In this document: one piece after another, positions 61,370 to 64,000 of the stretch
Layout of the letters: every line of letters begins with the position of its first letter
Position numbering within the stretch: the stretch's first letter is position 1
Source: an uncultured delta proteobacterium
GTDB taxonomy: Bacteria; Myxococcota; Myxococcia; Myxococcales; Myxococcaceae
DNA length: 64,000 nucleotides
NCBI GenBank assembly: GCA_963713045.1
Contig: CAVQKE010000007.1
Coordinates: forward strand, 384,001-448,000
Direction: 5' to 3'
Notes under the pieces: model-generated
Told to the model about the DNA's origin: nothing
The model's input: only the letters and a program-made list of their open reading frames with translations
Databases searched by the model: none
Made by a program: the position numbers and the translations under genes

Positions 61370-61474
61370 CTCGCCCCGGGTGTGCGCCTCTCCCTATGCT
61401 GGCCCCTAGCTTGGCGCCCGGGGCGGGCGTCCAACGCCGGGCACAGGTTCTCGCCCCTTCAAGGGATTTCTGCC

Positions 61475-62371
61475 ATGGCGAAAGGCTTCCGAGACTTCAT
61501 CGCGCCCTACTGCGTCACCAACGGAAAGGGCTTCCGGCTGAAGGACGTGGACCCAGCCGACACCCAAGGCCTCGGCGAGCAGGCGGCGAAAGCCATGCTG
61601 GAGGAAGAGGTGGCGCTGCTGAGCGAGCTTCAGGAGAAGCTTTACGCCCAGGACAGCTGGGCGCTGCTGGTCGTCCTGCAGGGCATGGACGCAGCCGGCA
61701 AAGACGGCACCATCAAGCACGTCATGTCCGGGGTGAACCCACAAGGCTGTGATGTGAATTCCTTCCGCGAGCCGTCCGCGGAGGAGCTGAACCATGACTA
61801 CCTGTGGCGCACCACCCGCGCCCTTCCGCAACGGGGGCGGATTGGCATTTTCAACCGCTCCTACTACGAGGAAGTCCTGGTGGTGCGGGTGCACCCCGCC
61901 GTGCTGCGGCAGGAAAAAATCCCGCACGCCTTGGTGGGCAAGGACATTTGGACGCAGCGCTTCGAAGACATTGTCGCCCTGGAGCGCTACCTCGGCCGCA
62001 ATGGCATTTGCCTGCGCAAGTTTTACCTGCACCTCTCCCGTGAGGAGCAGCGAAAACGGCTGTTGAAGCGCCTCGACGACCCGACGCGCACCTGGAAGTT
62101 TTCTTCTGCCGACTTGGCGGAACGCCCCTTCTGGGACGCCTACCTGGAGGCCTACCAAGACGCCATTGCAGCCACCGCCAGCGAAGCCGCCCCCTGGTAC
62201 GTGGTCCCGGCGGACAACAAATGGTTTACCAGGCTGGTGGTGGCCGGGACGCTGGTGCAGGCCCTCGAGCAGATGAAGCTGGCCCTTCCAGCCCTGGACG
62301 CCAAGCAGCGAAAGGAGCTGGACGCATTCCGCGTGACGCTGCAGGCCGAGGGGAAGCCCAGGAAGCCCTGA
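61475..62371 (+). CDS. ppk2: Polyphosphate kinase 2 family (class III-like)
   Basis: QGMDAAGKDGTIKHV, FNRSYYEEVL, WKFS..DL.ER, PWYVVPADNKW. Confidence 0.92.
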   Translation: MAKGFRDFIAPYCVTNGKGFRLKDVDPADTQGLGEQAAKAMLEEEVALLSELQEKLYAQDSWALLVVLQGMDAAGKDGTIKHVMSGVNPQGCDVNSFREPSAEELNHDYLWRTTRALPQRGRIGIFNRSYYEEVLVVRVHPAVLRQEKIPHALVGKDIWTQRFEDIVALERYLGRNGICLRKFYLHLSREEQRKRLLKRLDDPTRTWKFSSADLAERPFWDAYLEAYQDAIAATASEAAPWYVVPADNKWFTRLVVAGTLVQALEQMKLALPALDAKQRKELDAFRVTLQAEGKPRKP

Positions 62372-62443
62372 GGAACGCCCCCCAGCAGGTGCCGGCGGTC
62401 CAGGGCCGTGCAGCGCCAGAGGCGTCTTGGCTGGATGGAAAGG

Positions 62444-62500
62444 GCAACCCAAGGGTTGCATGTTGTTTCGGGCTGCGCTAATCAGCAACCGGGAGGTTGC
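62444..62500. promoter_or_regulatory. Two GCAACC-N4-GGTTGC operators, probably bound by the downstream ArsR-family repressor
   Basis: Exact 6-4-6 palindromes at 62444-62459 and 62485-62500; the second overlaps the RBS GGGAGG. Confidence 0.75.
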
Positions 62501-62502
62501 AC

Positions 62503-62991
62503 ATGGGCAATGACCGCATCGAGAAGAAGATTCTCCTGAAGGCACCGAGGAGCCGCGTCTGGCGGGCACTCACCAACGCCCAGGAGTTTGGCAGCTGGTT
62601 CGGGATGAAGCTGGAGGGCCCCTTTGCCAACGGGACGCCGGTGCGCGGCGTCATCGTGCCCACCACCGTCGATGCTGAGGTGGCGAAGATGCAGAGACAG
62701 TACGAGGGGCACCCACTCGAGTTGTGGGTGGAGCGGATGGAGCCGGAGCGCCTGTTCTCCTACCGTTGGCACCCCTACGCCGTCGAGGCGGGCGTCGACT
62801 TCTCGAAGGAGCCGACCACGCTGGTCACCTTCACCTTGGAGGAGAAGGAGAACGCCACCCTGTTGACGGTCACCGAGTCGGGCTTCGACCAGATTCCGCT
62901 CGGCCGCCGCGCCGAGGCCTTCCGCAGGAACGAGGGCGGCTGGAGTAAGCAGATGGAAATGATTGAGAAGTACCTCGCTCATGCCCGCTAG
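62503..62991 (+). CDS. SRPBCC/AHSA1-family protein
   Basis: IEKKILLKAPRSRVWRALT, FSYRWHP, TLVTFTL, ESGFD, NEGGW. Confidence 0.9.
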   Translation: MGNDRIEKKILLKAPRSRVWRALTNAQEFGSWFGMKLEGPFANGTPVRGVIVPTTVDAEVAKMQRQYEGHPLELWVERMEPERLFSYRWHPYAVEAGVDFSKEPTTLVTFTLEEKENATLLTVTESGFDQIPLGRRAEAFRRNEGGWSKQMEMIEKYLAHAR

Positions 62992-63322
62992 CAGCAGGCC
63001 GCTGGCCGGATTCGAGGACTCCGCCCCCGTCTTCGCCGCCCTGGGAGATGCGACCCGCCTGCGCTTGGTGACGCGGCTCTGCCACCGTGGGCCCTTGTCC
63101 ATCACCCACCTCGCCTCCGGCTCCCGGAAGAGCCGCCAGGCGATTACCAAGCATCTGGTGGTGATGGAGCGCGCCGGCCTGGTCCGCGGACGCCGACGGG
63201 GACGCGAGCGGATTTGGGAATTGGACCGGGGGCGTCTGCAAGACGCGCGGCGCCACCTGGAACTCGTCTCCCAGGAATGGGACGGCGCCCTCGAACGGCT
63301 GCGCACGTTTGTCGAAACCTAA
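62981..63322 (+). CDS. ArsR/SmtB-family transcriptional regulator
   Basis: FAALGDATRL, SRQAITKHL, AGLV..GRER, WDGALERL. Confidence 0.9.
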   Translation: MPASSRPLAGFEDSAPVFAALGDATRLRLVTRLCHRGPLSITHLASGSRKSRQAITKHLVVMERAGLVRGRRRGRERIWELDRGRLQDARRHLELVSQEWDGALERLRTFVET

Positions 63323-63451
63323 GAGGGCGACCGCCCGCCTCCCGCCAAACGGGCCCGGAGTCTTCATCCCCGCGCGGGCCTGAGGGCATGCGCCCTGGAA
63401 GGCGTCCGACGACCGGGAACACCCCAGCGACGGGCTGGTGGGGCCGGCTGT

Positions 63452-64000
63452 CTAGAAGTCCAGGCGCACCAGCGCCCGGCCACCGAGGAGTTGGTCCTTG
63501 GCGTTGGTGGCCGTGTAAACGACGGTGCCTCCCGTCGTCAGCGAGTAGAACGTCGCGGAGAAGTCGCCATACAGCCGCAGGCTGAGTGGGCCCACAATGT
63601 AGAAGCCAAAGCCCAGCTCCCCTTCCAGGGCGTAGGCGCTGCCGGATGTGTAGAAGACCGGGTTGGTGTTGCCGATGAGCTGCGTCTGCTGGAACCAGTA
63701 GACGTAGTCACCGCCGATGAGGATGAGGAACCAGCTCCCAATCGGAATCTCCACCTTCAGTCCCGCTGAGACACCCAACAGGTTTTGGTTGGGAAGTCCG
63801 GGGAAGGCGGTGGAGGCGTTGCTGACCTCGAAACGGTAGGTGCGAAAGGCCACCGGAATGTCGATGGCGAAGTCCGAGTATTTCACCGGACGGATGCGGG
63901 CCTCCAGGCCGGCGGCGCCCATCCCAAAGTTGGTGGTCTGCTGCGCGCCGGTGGCCGGCTGCTGACTCTGCAGCCCGATGGAGAACTGGTACTGGGCAAA
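63452..64000 (-). CDS. Outer-membrane beta-barrel protein, C-terminal part (gene starts beyond the window)
   Basis: Alternating aromatic/hydrophobic strands ending GGRALVRLDF. Confidence 0.65.
   Translation of the reverse strand, partial: FAQYQFSIGLQSQQPATGAQQTTNFGMGAAGLEARIRPVKYSDFAIDIPVAFRTYRFEVSNASTAFPGLPNQNLLGVSAGLKVEIPIGSWFLILIGGDYVYWFQQTQLIGNTNPVFYTSGSAYALEGELGFGFYIVGPLSLRLYGDFSATFYSLTTGGTVVYTATNAKDQLLGGRALVRLDF

Overview
GC-rich (about 70%) chromosomal window from a myxobacterium (Myxococcaceae-like). The core backbone is clpB (3' end), truA, a Pkn14-like Ser/Thr kinase, the mrpA-mrpB-mrpC developmental regulators, a MutS-domain gene (frameshifted), an M1 aminopeptidase, rpmE, cpoB-crdB/crdA (no che3 genes here), xth, a PBP1A-FG-GAP-SBP-crdS operon, an MXAN_5187-family gene, truD, DsbA, asparaginase and rpsU-yqeY-dnaG-rpoD. 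An accessory stretch (about 12.7-27.3 kb) carries the most interesting locus: two small paralogous exported peptides sharing a [DE]A[DE]xDxGPGxxExA motif, behind a sigma54-like promoter, followed by an ECF sigma factor, a zinc-finger transmembrane anti-sigma and a probably secreted TPR-CHAT (caspase-like) protease. GATC is almost absent from the window: I found 4 sites by manual scan versus about 170-180 expected. Three lie in the ECF/CHAT module and one just upstream of rpoD, and an orphan DpnA-like methyltransferase is present. A Fur-box-like site precedes a beta-barrel plus diheme cytochrome c lipoprotein pair. Gene names come from motif recognition and recalled Myxococcus xanthus synteny, not from database searches.
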